Shown here one piece after another: positions 1-13,672 of a stretch of 64,000 nt of DNA. Where the stretch lies: the NCBI RefSeq assembly GCF_963921235.1, contig NC_086129.1, positions 35,836,001 through 35,900,000 of the forward strand. The letters are read 5' to 3'. Each line of letters opens with the position of its first letter. The stretch's first letter is position 1. Origin of the DNA: Mobula hypostoma (Eukaryota). The notes under the pieces were generated by a model. The model was not told the DNA's origin. It searched no databases and saw only the letters and a list, made by a program, of their open reading frames with translations. The translations under genes were made by a program, and so were the position numbers.

Positions 1-89
1 ATGTTTTAACCAAACTTTGCAATACTAGTGACGTAACTGTTTTCTAGTAAATCCCTCTACTACTTTTATGTTCCTGCTCATGAGATTTT

Positions 90-1075
90 TAGCAGGTGAG
101 CTTATTTGTATAGTACTTTCCAAACACAAGGCAGTTCAAAGTGCTTTACATAGAACAAGATATAAAAATCAAGCATCAAATTTCAGAATATATAGGAGAA
201 TAAAATCGCACAGAAAGTAGGATAAATAGAAGTTACAGTGCAGGAAATTCTAATTAAAAGCTACACCAAAAAGAAAAGTTTTAAGCCCCAATTTAAGGGA
301 GCTTAAAGTTGGGGCAGATTTCAGATCCTCTGGAAGATTATTCCAGATATATGGAGCATAGTACTGAAAGCTGCTTCACCATGTTTAGTTTTGACCCTGG
401 GGATGGTAAGCAGACCTGCCCTAGATGACCCGAGAGCTCAGGAAGATTCATAATGCAGCAAAAGATCAGAGATATATCTTGGCCCTAGACCATTAAGTGC
501 TTTATAAACCAGTAGTAACATTTTAAAAAGTCAATCACCTGATAGACAGGAAGCCAGTATAGCAAAGTGAAAACTGGAATGATATGTTCTACTTTCTTGG
601 GTCTTAATGAGAACTCTAGCAGCAGTGTTCTGAATGAGCTCCAGCTGTCTAATGGACTTTTTACAGAGACCCGTGAAAATGCCATTACAGTAGTCAAGCC
701 TACTAAAAATAAATGTATGGATGTGTTTTTCTAGATCTTGCTGAGACATAAGCCCTTTAACTCTTGCTATATTTTTAAGATGGTAGTAGGCTGACTTTAC
801 AATTGTCTTAATGTAGCAGTTAAAATTCAAGTCGGAGTTCATCCCAACACTAAGGTTTCTGGCTTAGTTTGTGGTCTATAATGACAGGGATTCTAAGTAA
901 GCACTGACTTAATTGTTCTTTGACACCAAAAAAAATTATTCCAGTTTTTTCTTTGTTTAACTGGAGGAAATTTTGGCTCATCCAATCAGTGATTTGTTCA
1001 ATAGTTTTTTTATAGTGATTAGTGGGACCATAGTCACTTGATAACACATACAAATCTGAGTGTCATCTGTGTAAT
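90..1075 (-). mobile_element. Degraded L2-type LINE 3' fragment (end of RT domain) in a ZPR1 intron
   Basis: ORFs 531..842 and 850..1053 give WMSQNFLQLNKEKT and FIFSRLDYCN, typical of L2-clade RT C-termini; ends approximate. Confidence 0.75.
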
Positions 1076-1659
1076 TAAGATTTTTAGTTATCTATTAGTG
1101 TGTATCCTTGTCTCCTTCTGTAATTTGATGCTTGCATTACATTTCTCACACATTATACATGGGATACAATGCTTTCTATTTATTCATTTAAAAATTGGGA
1201 AAAGATGGGCAAGTATCATGAATGATATACATAGGCAGAAATCCATCAGTGAACTTTCAGGCTGGAGCTTCATTAATGTACAGACATTTTCCAATATTTT
1301 CAGCCAAACCCAGTGCAGCTGAAGGACCCTTCCATAATGAGCCCAAGTTTAACTGTTCTAATAGAAATCTGAGAATTAAATTTGAGAACTGTCACAAAAT
1401 CTTCTCAGTCAGATTGGTCAATCAAATTTTCTTCTATTGTGTGTTATTTTTGCTGCTATAAGTATTCCTTTAAATAATTGCCCAAGTTTTCTTGAATTAA
1501 TTTTACTAGGATTACTGGGATGTGGTATCATTTGGAAGGTCACCAATTATTGCCCACTTCCAGTCCCCCAAACAGAGTAAAGATTTAAAATGACTATTCC
1601 ATATAGAGATTAAACAGACCCTAACAATTTAACTCACACACCTGTGGCAATGTGCCTAC

Positions 1660-1782
1660 CTGCAAACCCAACATACTGTCCTGTTTAGCATTTCGCTTGT
1701 AATGAGTAATCATTAAGGCTTCATCTTTCTGAGGGGCATATGGATTTTCAACGAAGCTGTTTCCAGATGGATCGTCAATAAC
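1660..1782 (-). CDS. ZPR1: ZPR1 exon 6 ([20 protein letters not shown]...DSMLGLQ); gene continues beyond the window start
   Basis: Conserved [11 protein letters not shown] motif; CAG acceptor, GTAGGC donor; 123 nt. Confidence 0.95.
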
Positions 1783-3041
1783 CTGTACAGCATAACAATA
1801 AAGTAAATGCAACAGAAAATCTGTTATTGTTGGTGTTTATCACATGTTGCACTGCAATCTACATCTTTCTTATTCATTCTGATCTTCAACCAGCTACGGT
1901 AATACTGCCCGACTTTCAATCACAATCTTTAATAATGCATTCCACTGTCACCATTAAGATAAATTACTGTGCTATATCCCAAATTAAATATGGAAGATTA
2001 GTGATTACAGTCCTTAAGCACATGAAGTGTCTACTTCTAAAAACCATCTCCTATCCTCTTATCAATATACCAAATCAACCCAATTTCCAACAAAAATCAG
2101 TGGCACCAAATGTTTTAAGACTTTTTCCATCTGCAGGATTTAAATATACAGTAAAATTCAATTAACCTGGCACACTCAGGATTTTGGTGCTAGACTGATT
2201 CGATTTTACGAGCATTCCTCAGTATCACACTTGGTCAAATACTGATGACATCAAGAGCCATTTCTCATCACTTCTGGAATTCAGGTGTTTTTGTCCATGC
2301 TTGGAGCAAGACTGTAGTCACCTCTGGAGCCAAGTGGTTCCAGCAAAACACCAATTGAGCATCAACACCGCTCATTAGCATTGTAACTTTTTTAATAATA
2401 CCCCCCATTTTTCTGTTAATTGAAAACATAACATGGTAACTATCCAGATTGAACTCATTTTTTATATAAGACAGGATACCCAGCTACGTAATATACTAAA
2501 ATGCCAAATTTAGACCACTGTCTTCAGCTCTGCAACTAAATGATGAATGTAAACAGCAAACAGATTCCCAGAGGATACCCTACACACTTAAAATCATTCA
2601 ATCTTAACACCTATTCTACCTTTAACAAATGTGTGGTGCTTCATCGATGCTTCCTGAAAATCATACACTACACCACAGATCCTTTCTTCATCCATCATCT
2701 GCTGTATTATCACTAACTCTTGCCCTCACCAGGTTTCTCAATCATCTGGATAATATACCATCAGCGTCAAAACAAACCTGTGCATTAGTTCATGCAGTAG
2801 TCAGCAGGCTTTCAACCTGTAGCAGGATTGCTACAACTAAGTGATCAGAGAAGTTCACTCCTTAAGAACATGGTGCCCTGCAGATAGTGCCATAGCTATC
2901 ACTAATAATCTTCCATGATTTATTTGTATTACATGTAAAAGGAGCAATCAAATTATTTCCCAATAGCAAAATGAGGAATCTAACAGACTCCCCGTGAAAG
3001 AATATCAGCAGTCCATCACAAGAAGGTAGCAAATTATTTAC

Positions 3042-3128
3042 CAGTGTGAATGCAGTCTCAAGTTCCTTCAGCTTTTTTAGTTTCTCAATAAATTCCTCAA
3101 CCTTAGAAGCCACAACAGGATCAGTTGC
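3042..3128 (-). CDS. ZPR1: ZPR1 exon 5 (ATDPVVASKVEEFIEKLKKLKELETAFTL)
   Basis: Inside ORF 2862..3149; CAG acceptor, GTAAAT donor; 87 nt. Confidence 0.93.
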
Positions 3129-3749
3129 CTGCAATTGATAGAGGTACATGGATAAAAAAAATATTTCATGAGGTCACATTCTTGAATGAGATTGCATAAT
3201 ATAGGTCAAGTCTAAATGTTGGGACGTTTACAGTTGGCCCAAGTCTGGATTACTAGTTTCTTGGGACTCCACAAGCTTTTTACTTGAGAGTCAATCTCCC
3301 CCCCTCATTTCTAGCCCCCATTCTCTTTCCAGAATGCTTCAATATCTCTAATTTATTCACATTGTTCTAAATACCAAATCCCTAAATATTCTAGCTCCTC
3401 TTGAACTCTATGCACTCATCCTATGAATACTTCATTGAGCATCAACATAGGTTGGAATTAAGGCTCAAGGCAGTCTTTCTTATACTAACTTTTCTCCATA
3501 GCTTCAAAACAGCATTCCTCCTTCCCAAGCATCACACGCTTCTACAATAACCCAAATTTTTACTTTTAAAAAATCATTTCTGCCAATAGTGAATGTTCAG
3601 CTAGTTGTCCAAATGATGGAAGTTTTGATCAAGCAGATGAGAAGCAGAGATTCATTTTACTCAAGTTTCTTGGATTCAGATTTTAAACTGGTTCTAAAAA
3701 GGCCAAAGGCATGAAGAATAAGAAAAAACCGTAACACAAAAGCAGTTAC

Positions 3750-3820
3750 CTTCCTTGCAGGCTGGTTTTGCTCTAAACCCCCAACCGCTCTGTCAATCAA
3801 ACCCTCAATAGTAGAAAGAG
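3750..3820 (-). CDS. ZPR1: ZPR1 exon 4 (ALSTIEGLIDRAVGGLEQNQPARK)
   Basis: Manual translation; CAG acceptor, GTAAC donor; 71 nt, phase compatible with exon 3. Confidence 0.95.
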
Positions 3821-5666
3821 CTGCAGCAACAAGAATAGCTTGGTGTAAGTACTAGCTTTTCAGTTTGTTAGAAAGTGAATCAATATCTTCAAGACAACAG
3901 TCACTATTACACATTCATCACAACCTACATACAAATGTGATCCTTGGAAGTCCTTAATTTTATAGGCTGGTATAGCCAACTGCAAATCATAATCTCTGAA
4001 CAGGGAACATTGAACAATATGCATACAACTTTAGAAAAGGAGTAACAGCTCCACTTCGATTTATTTATAACAGATTTTCACATGATTGCTGTTAGAAGGA
4101 ATTAAAACCTAATACTCCAAACCTTTACCATTGTCATTTGCTAACATCTGCTTGCTTTGCTTCAAGCAGCTGTGACTGCCTGTGGAACCTGGCATGCTAG
4201 TAAACAGTCTAATTGGAGTCTTGTTTAACCCCAGTGGACAATGCTCACAGACTGCAGTGCAAAATATGAACTCTAGTGGTCTATTCTCTAATAGTATTCA
4301 TTTATGATGATTCAGCAATTGAGGAAAAAGTACAGCAAAAAAAATAAACTGCCAGAAGAAAGATGAAAGAAATCAGTGCATCAAGCAGCATCTCTGGAAG
4401 TATAGGATCCCAGAGACCCTGCAACAGAACTGAGGGTGTAAAAAGATCAGCAATATATAGGAGAGGGAGGTGTGAGAGAATGGTAGGTGATGGATGGAAC
4501 AAGATGAAGGGGTAGGGGTGAAGGAGAAGGGAGAGGTTTGATGGGCAAATAGAGCCAGGTGGAGAAGGGTGATGAGTCTAGGTGACGAGGAGGGAGGGAC
4601 AGAAAAGGTGAACAAAGGAGAAAGCTAGGGTGAACTGGTGGAAGTAGGAAAAGAACACGTGGGTGTATGGATTGCAAAATTCAACATTCATGCTATTGAA
4701 CTGTCAGCTCCCCAAGCAGAATAAGGAGGAAAAAAAAATCAGTGGAAGAAGAGCTCAACATCCTATCAATGAAGTGTGGGTGCAAGGGTACAATGGTGAG
4801 GCCTCTGCTGAGCACTGACTGCTCAGCATCAAGAGTGAGAGGTCATGGGAGATGGTGAAGACAATGACAGGGGTTGGAACTGAGATGAATTGTGGGGTCA
4901 GAAAGCAGAGAGAGGTGTCAAGGTCAAGTGTGTTGTTGGGGATGGGATACGAGATCAGAGATCAGAGATGATGGGGCAAGGTAACTTTGGAGAGACTGGC
5001 AAGTGGTGGGATGTGCAGAAGTTGAGTGCCTAGACCTGGAGCCAGTGGGAAAGTGAGGAGGTACACATGGTAAACGTATAGGAACTGCTTCTCTACACAG
5101 CATACCTTCCAATTATAGTTACAACCCTCTACACTTTATTAGTCATGAGCTTATGTTTCTGTCAAAGGAGTATCCCAATACATGGAGAGTGCACATCCTG
5201 CCCCCCAGTCCTTACATTCCATTTTCAACCAAAATCAAAAAAATGTTGGAAGCTTTCAGCAGGTCAAAAGCATCTGTGGAATGAGAAATGGAGCCAATAT
5301 ATTTCACAGTGAAGACCCTTAACAAGTATGACCAGCATTTTCTATTTTTACTTCAGATTTCCAGCACCAGCAGTTTCAATTGGATTTTCATCCTAATAAA
5401 CCAAACGTTTTCACTCTACACTCTGCAATCTTGTCTTCATTAAGCCTCTCAATTGTGATGCAGGATTTCAACAATACCTCTACCCCCTCAGATGCTGCTC
5501 AACCCAGAGTTTCTCCAGCAGATTGTCTTTCAACTCACGTTTTTCGAAAGCAATCATTCCTGATACTTCCAACAAATAACTAAGGTCAGGCATCATAGTG
5601 GTCAAATTCTTTTGCACTTCAGTTTTGGAACTAGTTATAGGCACCACAACCTAATGGTACACTTAC

Positions 5667-5757
5667 CTCCTTTCTGCGTAAATGGTGGAATCTCAAAGTC
5701 AAGTTCAGGAATTTTGGTCGTTGCACTGTCCGCTTTCACAACCTCGCGATTCAGGTC
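5667..5757 (-). CDS. ZPR1: ZPR1 exon 3 ([30 protein letters not shown])
   Basis: Manual translation matches the ZPR1 A domain; AAG acceptor, GTAAGT donor; 91 nt. Confidence 0.95.
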
Positions 5758-5971
5758 CTTTGGAACATAGAGTCAAACAAGATTAATGATACACCGGATT
5801 AAGTTTGAAGATGCAATTAAAAGATGGGTTAATAAATATCAACATGGCAACTTTTTCCCGTAACATCTGATTCTCAGTACCAGAACATATGGCTGCTTAT
5901 GGCACCGTTATTAGATCTCAGCCTAAACAACAAGAATTGGTAGGTTATTCAACTTCAGACACCACACCTCT

Positions 5972-6608
5972 GTGGTTAAGAAGGCGTACAGTGTATTGGC
6001 CTTCATTAATCGTGGAATTGAATTCAGGAGCCAAGAGGTAATGTTGCAGCTATATAGGACCCTGGTCAGACCCCACTTGGAGTACTGTGCTCAGATCTGG
6101 TCGCCTCACTACAGGAAGGATGTGGAAGCCATAGAAAGGGTGCAGAGGAGATTTACAAGGATGTTGCCTGGATTGGAGAGCATGCCTTATGAGAACAGGT
6201 TGAGTAAACTCAGCCTTTTCTCCTTGGAGCGACGGAGGATGAGAGGTGACCTGATAGAGGTGTATAAGATGATGACAGGCATTGATCGTGTGGATAGTCA
6301 GAGGCCTTTTCCCAGGACTGAAATGGTTGCCACAAGAGGACACAGGTCTAAGGTGCTGGGGAGTAGGTACAGAGGAGATATCAGGGGTAAGTTTTTTTAC
6401 TCAGAGAGTGGTGAGTGCATGGAATGGGCTGCCGGCAACAGTGGTGGAGGCGGATATGATAGGGTCTTTTAAGAGACTTTTCGATAGGTTCATGGAGCTT
6501 AGTAAAATAGAGGGCTATAGGTAAGCCTAATAATTTCTAAGGTAGGGACATGTTCGGCACAACTTTCCGGGCCGAAGGGCCTGTATTGTGCTGTAGGCTT
6601 TCTATGTT
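5972..6608 (+). mobile_element. CR1-type LINE 3' fragment in ZPR1 intron 2
   Basis: LYRTLVRPHLEYC..WSPHYRKD, ERRRMRGDLIEVYK motifs and TTCTATG-type tail. Confidence 0.9.
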
Positions 6609-6862
6609 TACAAGTACATCACCTTTCCTCAATAATCATTGAAACTGCTTAAGGGATTAAAAAAAAAAATGAAATCACTGCTCAGCAATCAGAGAACAGT
6701 CTGATATTTATCCTCTGGTCCCAAACCAATTTCGTACAACTTCCACCCAGCACACAAACCACGAACCAAACCCAAAATATGACTCACCACATCATCAGTA
6801 ACAATTATTTATCCTGTACAGGAAATCCTGCAAACACCTCAAAATGTTCCAATGGTGTGGTG

Positions 6863-7287
6863 ACTTACTTACTTTCTGCCCTTTATGCCGCTGGCATTTA
6901 GGACAGCAATGAAGATCCTCCATCTATGGTGGTGTTCAGGGCTTCCTTCATTATGTCAGTAGCTTCCTCTCAGTTTTCACTACTGTCAGTCACGCAAATC
7001 CTGGGTGGAGGCTCAGGAATACCGTCTCACTCAGATGTAAAAGGATTCTTCATTGCTGTTTCCGTAACAATTTTCTTTTTAAACCAGTCAGGGTTGTTAG
7101 CCCTGAGCTGAACCCCTGAACCTGGAGGACCAGTATTAGTCTGGCCTCTACCCTTTGCCCTGTTTGGCATGGGTGACTATATCAAGAGCCAAAGTATAAA
7201 GTCCTGACTCCAGACAACATAGCTCGCCGGGTCATCAAGTCATGCAAGCATCCAACCCATGACAAGGATGTAGCTCTCTTGGAGGAA
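6863..7287. mobile_element. Probable RTE-related non-autonomous retroelement remnant
   Basis: Starts with a short (ACTT)n repeat; flanked by similar AATGGTG(T/C)GGTGA motifs (about 6851 and 7286) resembling a target-site duplication; family assignment is an inference. Confidence 0.45.
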
Positions 7288-8155
7288 TGGTGCGGTGAAT
7301 CAAATCAAAAAATTTGACAACAGACCAGGTCAAGAAATATTAGGGCAAGTGACCTAAAATTCAGAAAGACACATAAAAAACAAAAGGAACTTCAGCAACG
7401 GAACTTGTGAGGGAGTCAGGGGTAAAGTCAGATGGTGCTGTGTAGGTTTTAGCAATGGCAATAAGCTTCAGCAAAGGGGAAGGGAAATAACAGTGTCCAT
7501 ATAAACAGATCCACATCTCCAGCTGAAATTCCAGTCCATCCCAAATGAAAGGTACTGGAGTGTCAGGAGAGGAGGATATTGTGATCAACTACATTCTTCT
7601 CAACCTGCAGCCTTTGGATGCCAGCTTAACTTTAATCACAGTTACACTGAACAGCTTGTGTTTGAAAATCATGGCAAAGCAAACGTGCTTGGAAAGACGT
7701 AAACCTGGTCTAGCTGAAAAATGACAACTCATTCAGGGAATGGAGGAAAAAATTAAGTTTGAAGACAGAGCAGCAGTTTACATGACAGGGATCGAGATTG
7801 TTTTGGTGGTGGGGGGGGGGAAAGAAGTGTGATAATTGCAGACAAAGGAGTGAGAAATAGCACCAAAGAGAGAAAATAACTAGCAAACAGACAGAGGTCC
7901 GGAGACGGTCTGCGTGGGGGTTGGAGGACTGTGTGGATGGGTGGGAGAAAGGGAAGAAACTTATTTTGCTGTTATTCTACAAACGCGATGAGTATGCTGT
8001 TGTTGTCGGAATGTGTGACAACACTTCTGCACTTCCCCTACTGCATCCTTTTCTGTACTACCTCTGAAAAGGACATCAAACTGACACCAGGGCTAAAGTA
8101 ATATAAACACTGATGAATTGGTGGAAGAGTCTAGGATTGTTCATGAGAGGCTCAC

Positions 8156-8317
8156 CCGTCTGGAAGAAACATGGACTGTGTAGCGTACTCCCTGTTCCTG
8201 GATCTTCCCAGCTGACTGGATCTCATTGTTCACCCAACCACAGTTGTCACAGGCGAATGAACTAACAATAATCTCTCTGAAGAATGGAATTTTAGTCAAC
8301 AGCAACCTGGTTATCCC
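8156..8317 (-). CDS. ZPR1: ZPR1 exon 2 ([46 protein letters not shown]...)
   Basis: Hallmark ZPR1 zinc-finger sequence; AG/GT boundaries; 162 nt, phase 0-0. Confidence 0.96.
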
Positions 8318-9139
8318 CTTTAACATGAGAACAAAAGTAGAAGGGAATTATCAATGCCTACCATCCAGCATACAAAAAAAAGGATAAAAGGCATGAAACT
8401 CTTAAGATGAATCATCCAATACAGTTATAAAATTACAATTAATGTGATGATTTCCAAAAAAAAAGTAAGCAACAAACTGCACTTCCTGCTGCACTCAGTT
8501 GTAAAATAAAATTTATCTAAAAACAATGAGCAGGAGGGAAGAGGAAGTATAACTTGTCAACAGAAATACTTCAGCCTGTAAAAAGTATTTACATTTTAAA
8601 TAGTGCTACGATTCACAGCCCACAGTAGTATTTATAAGGTGGCTTAGCTTCATCCAACAGAAGAGACATTTTTGGCTTGTACGGTATTAAATAGTTCCCC
8701 ATTTTAACAACATTCCCCACAGAGACAAGAAACAGAATTAAGCAGGAGTGAACATCTGCAGTCTGCAACTTCCTCCTCAATCACAACACCTCAGCACTTC
8801 ACGTTCCCAAAAACCCATCTTCAATATCAACCCGACAATATTCCCCAAAACACCCAAGATCCTAAACTTATTCTCTATAATCCCAATAGCCACTTCCATA
8901 CAACTCCCACCTTGTACCTTATCCCTAACCCCCTTCCCCCACCCTAGACCTCGGTTCCCACGCCCTATCCCGTAACCGCCTACCCCGTTCCCCCAGCCTT
9001 CTTCCCCACCCGTCGACTAGTACCTTCACCAAAGCTCAGAACCATAATCCTCACGCCTCCCCCACCTCGGCCTTCTTCCAACCCATTATCACCCTCTCCA
9101 CAAACAAGAGACAATCTGCAGATGCTGGAAATCCAAGCA

Positions 9140-9287
9140 ACACACACAGAAGGCTGGAAGAACTCAGCATCAAGGCAGCATTTATGGAGAAGAGTACAGT
9201 CGGTATTTCGGGCCGAAACGTCGACTGTACTCTTTTCTATAGATGCTCCCTGGCCTGCTGAGTTCCTCCAGCATTTTTGTGTGTGTG
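9140..9287. repeat. Palindromic interspersed repeat in ZPR1 intron 1
   Basis: Arms ACACACACAGAAGGCTGGAAGAACTCAGC...GAGTACAGTCG and CGACTGTACTC...GCTGAGTTCCTCCAGCATTTTTGTGTGTGT are near-complementary. Confidence 0.75.
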
Positions 9288-9339
9288 CGTGTGTGTCACT
9301 CTCCTCCCACCGTCACTTCCTTTTCCAGCCCAGACTCAC

Positions 9340-9465
9340 ATTCTGGTAGCAATTCATGCACAAGCTCTCAATTTGAGTCGGGCCGAAATCCTCCGAATCT
9401 TCAGCACTCAGATCCGGAAAAACCGGCCCATTTCCTTGGCCGTTCTCATTGCAGCTCAGCGCCAT
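9340..9465 (-). CDS. ZPR1: ZPR1 zinc finger protein, coding exon 1 (MALSCNENG...QIESLCMNCYQN)
   Basis: ATG at 9465-9463; ZPR1 N-terminal motif IESLCMNC; GTGAGT donor after 9340; CpG-richer context. Confidence 0.9.
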
Positions 9466-10607
9466 CTCCCCGGCCTCGGTCACGTTCAGCAGCTCCGCCA
9501 ATCAGTTCAGCAAGGAACTAAGGGCACAAGCAAGAGTTTCCCCTCCACCTCGCACTGACTCCCGTTACTGCCTCCCTGCTGGAGGACCAATCTCTTCCAG
9601 ACTTGCAGTAATATTTTGATATTGCACATGATTGGGGGAGGGGGAAGTAAATGCAGAAATATCTACCTTGAGGGCAAAGGTGCAATGCAGAGTAATTTTT
9701 AAATGGAATGGTATTAAAGTTCAGAGAGACTGGTGAATATTGAAAGTTAGCTTATGGGTCAGCATTTCAGAAAGCAAATGTTATTGGCCTTCATTGCAAG
9801 AGTATTTGAGTGCAAGAGTAAAGACATCTCACTGAAATTATATAGAGCCAGAGAACTCAACCAGAATATTATGTATAGCTTTGATCTCCCTCATGTACTT
9901 GGGATAGGGGGAGTACATGAAGGCACACCAGACTGATTTTAAGGCAATGGGATTTTGATATGAGGGGAGATTAAACAGAATAGACCTCTGTTTTATAATG
10001 TGATCGTGTTGTTACAAAATTATATGGCTTGAAACAATGCATGCAGGGAAGATATTTCTCTAACATAAAATGAAAAGGTAAATACTGATAATACTCTGGC
10101 CACAATTGGAAAATACAAACAAATTTAACTTTTTCCCCCCAACAGTGTCTTTGACCTGAAATGTTAGCTTTTTTTTGCCTTTCAACAAAAGCCTAGCCTG
10201 CAGTGTGGCCTTTCTGCCTTTATTGTAGACTTCCAGCCTCTACAATTTTTTTTAAATTACGAATATTTTCCCTGGTTCTACTGTCTAGAAACTGGGGTCA
10301 TCATATCAAAATAAGGCATTGATCATTAAGATGTTTTTACACCTAGAAGCTAGTGCCTCCTGGAATTTACTACCTTTTGAGCATTTGGAAGGCACAGTTG
10401 CTGAGCACATTCAAGACAGATCAACACAGTTTTGGATATTATGGGCATCAAGGGGTATAAGGTCAAAGGTGACAAGCAGTACTGAGGTAAAAGATTAGCT
10501 CAGCCTTATTGAACAATGTGAGTCCTGCGTCTATTTCTTCTGAGTTTATAATATAAAAATATCCTCTTGCTCACCTGCACTGATTTGATTAACATTTTAA
10601 TGCAATT

Positions 10608-11210
10608 GGTTTCTAAGATTGTCATAGCCAGGGATGGTAGTGAGGATAAGCTCCCACTACCTATGAAGTGCTCCAAATGGCATGCGACTCTTAACAGCCT
10701 CTGACAACCAAGTCCATCTCTTGGCCTTCACATGTGGCTTAGCTACTAGGCCCGGCAAAACTGTTTCTACTGACAAGAGAAGGGGTAAAGGTGGACCACT
10801 GGCCCCTCAAAACTAGTTGCTTTGGGCAGGTGGGGCTCATCAGCCTTGGACAGCAGCACACCTGGGAGAAGGAAAACTCTGATTTTAAACTTCCACTGCC
10901 TTGCGGCCAGACCCACCCATGGGAATAGCTTCAGGAGTAAACCCCAAGGAAGAAATCCGGAGCCGGGGTCCCTAAGGCAGTTTGATGTTGTTTACAACTT
11001 CACTCTGGAAACCTGTGACGACACTGGTGCCAAGCTGTATTGGTGCTTGCCCTTCCCTTGGACTATATCAGTGACGTGGAGAGGGGGAACCCACTGCATT
11101 GGCAACAGCCAGTTCTTCAAATCTTCCTGCCCAGGCTTGCGCCCTGGAGAGGATACAGTCTACCAGAGGCACAAACCCATCATCTCCTGGGATTGACGGC
11201 TGCCAACTAC
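10608..11210 (+). mobile_element. About 600-bp non-coding retroposed element with an 11-bp target-site duplication
   Basis: TTAATGCAATT at 10597-10607 and 11211-11221; ends in ACTAC; GC-richer than its flanks. Confidence 0.6.
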
Positions 11211-12504
11211 TTAATGCAATTAGTCCCTGCATTTAAAGAGCAACTGAAGCAGGGGTGCACCTTATCACCTTAGGGTGTTTCAAAAGATGTTTGGCATCTG
11301 AGGTATTTCCTTTCAAGTTCAGGCCTGAAGTAAATTGGAGGAATTCAGCACCCACCTCTCACACAGGAAGTTCCCACAAATAGCAAATTGCTCTATTCTG
11401 ACCTTGGCTGAAAAAAAAGACTGTTGACAAGAAGAGAAAAAGACTAAACTTGTACTAAGGTTTCCAGAAGACTATTAACAAAAATAGTAACCATGATGTA
11501 TAGATAGAGTATTTGCTGACCATATTGTTTTCTGATTTGCAAGATGTGGCAAGTAATGTGTTTGTAGGGAGACACGGGAGAACTGCAGATGCTGGGATCT
11601 GGTGCAAAAAGTAGACTGCTGAGAAACTCAACAAATCAAGCATAATCTTGGAGGAAAAGGGGTGGTCAACATCTTGGGTCAAAACTGAGAGTGTAGAGGT
11701 AAGATGGCCAGTATGGAGAAGTGGGAGGTAGGGCTGAGACAAAGGCTGATTGGTGAGAGGTGGAAACAAGAAAGGGGTGAAACAAAAGTGGTGATATATT
11801 GCAAAGCTCTGAGGTGTTGCAGTCTCGAGGTGTTGTGGTATCGGGGTATCCCAGTGAATGACTCGTATGCAAGGGTAACATAAAGTTATCATTAACAGAA
11901 TGTTATTGCCTTGGGCCTTTGTTGCAAGTGCAGTAGAGCGCTTGAACAGAATTCAAAAGTAGAATAATTATACTTCCATTGGAGTATTGGTGAGACCACG
12001 TGTTGAGTATTATGTGTGCTATTAATGTTCTTATTTGAGGAACAATGTGAATACATTTGTAGCAGTTTAGTGAATTATCATCTGGAATGGCAAGTTGGCT
12101 TAGTCGGAAAGATGGGGCATGCTAAGTCTTATCAGAAGAATGAGGAGTCTTGATTTAAACTTGTAAGATTCTGAGAGTGGCCATGGAGAGGTTACCTCTA
12201 GTGGGACAATCTGGAACTCAGAGTCACTGCTAAAAAAAAAAAGGATTCTGCATTTAAAACATCAATGCAATGAAGTTCTTTTCTCTGAAAGGGTTATAAG
12301 TTTTGTCAAAGGGCAGTGGTAACAGAGTCTATGAATATTTGTAAGGCAAATGTAGATCAATATTTGATAAACGAAGGGAACAAAATTAACTAGGTATAAG
12401 TGGGAATGTGGAGCTGAGGTGGAGAAGTTTCAACCTCGATCTCATTAAATAGCAGAAATGGCTTGAGCAGCCAAGTGGCTTGCTCTTATTCCTAATTTAC
12501 ATTT

Positions 12505-12732
12505 TTATTTATTTACTTAGAGATACAGCACGGTAACAGGCCGTTCTGGCCCAACAAGCCTGTGCCACCCAAATTACACCCATGCGACGAACTAATCTAC
12601 AAACCTGTATGTTTTTGGAATGTGGGAGGAAACCCACACCGTCACGTTGAGAACATACAACAGTGGCATTGAGTTTGGGTCGCTGACACTATAATAGCAT
12701 TACGCTAACTACGACACTGCCATGCCACCCCT
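12505..12732 (-). mobile_element. tRNA-derived SINE remnant
   Basis: (TTTA)n tail at left; shares blocks with 13380-13672 including CCATGCCACCC at the right end. Confidence 0.55.
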
Positions 12733-13369
12733 AAACATTAAACCAGCCTGAATTTGTTCAAATCATCTTCTTATGTCCACGGACTGTCTATACATGGCCC
12801 AGCCAGAACTAGACACATTTTTGCGCCTTGTTGTTGAATTCGGCAAGATCTGCAACAGTACAGGGTTTCTCTAGCAATGGGCATTGCAAGAGATGTTGAA
12901 TAGTTTGTGGCTCAGTTCCACATTCACAAATTGTCGGGCTGGTTGTATAGCCCCTTAGTGACACCTTTGAACAACCTACACCAGTCCTAAGTCTGTTACG
13001 GCACTTCCAGGTTGCCTAGTTGCAATCAGCTCCTGGGGGAAGGCTTTCATCCGGTGGAATTTCCATCGTTGGGGGTTGTTTGAGACTGGCCAGCCGGTCT
13101 TTTCACAAGGCAAGGTGAGCTTGTACACTGAGGTCACTACTACTTTGCTCAGCTCTCCAGTTAGAATTTCGATGAGGCCAAGGTAGAAGCATTCACGTCG
13201 CGGCCCTGTTTCAACCAATTCTACCACCACCATGTGCAGCAAGAAGTGTATTCAACATTTTTAAAAATTTGTTCAAATGCGTATTGATGAATGAAAGCAA
13301 AACTGTATTATTGGTGTGTGGAACATTGTTTTGACCAAGGCATAGATGGCTACAGACCATATGTGGGTA

Positions 13370-13672
13370 TTTTTTTTTAATCTATTGAGATACAGCTCAG
13401 AACAGCACTTCTGGCCCTTCAAGGTACACTTCCCAGCTATTCCCTGATTTAACTGTAGCCTAATAATGGGACTATTTACAATGACCAACTAACCTACCAA
13501 CCGGTACATCTTTGGACTGTGGGATGAAATGAAACTAGAGCACACGGGGAAAATCCACGTGGTCACGCAGGAGGAGGGGACATACAAACTCTGTACAGGC
13601 AGTGGCAGGAATTGAACCCAGGTCACAGGTACTGCAAAGCATTATGCTAACCATTATACTACCATGCCACCC
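13370..13672 (-). mobile_element. tRNA-derived SINE remnant
   Basis: B-box-like GGGTTCAATTCC on the minus strand near 13607-13619; T-rich tail at left. Confidence 0.6.

Noticed and set aside
9466-9501. Upstream in-frame extension of ZPR1 exon 1
   Set aside because: Begins at TTG; the ATG at 9465 is the more plausible start
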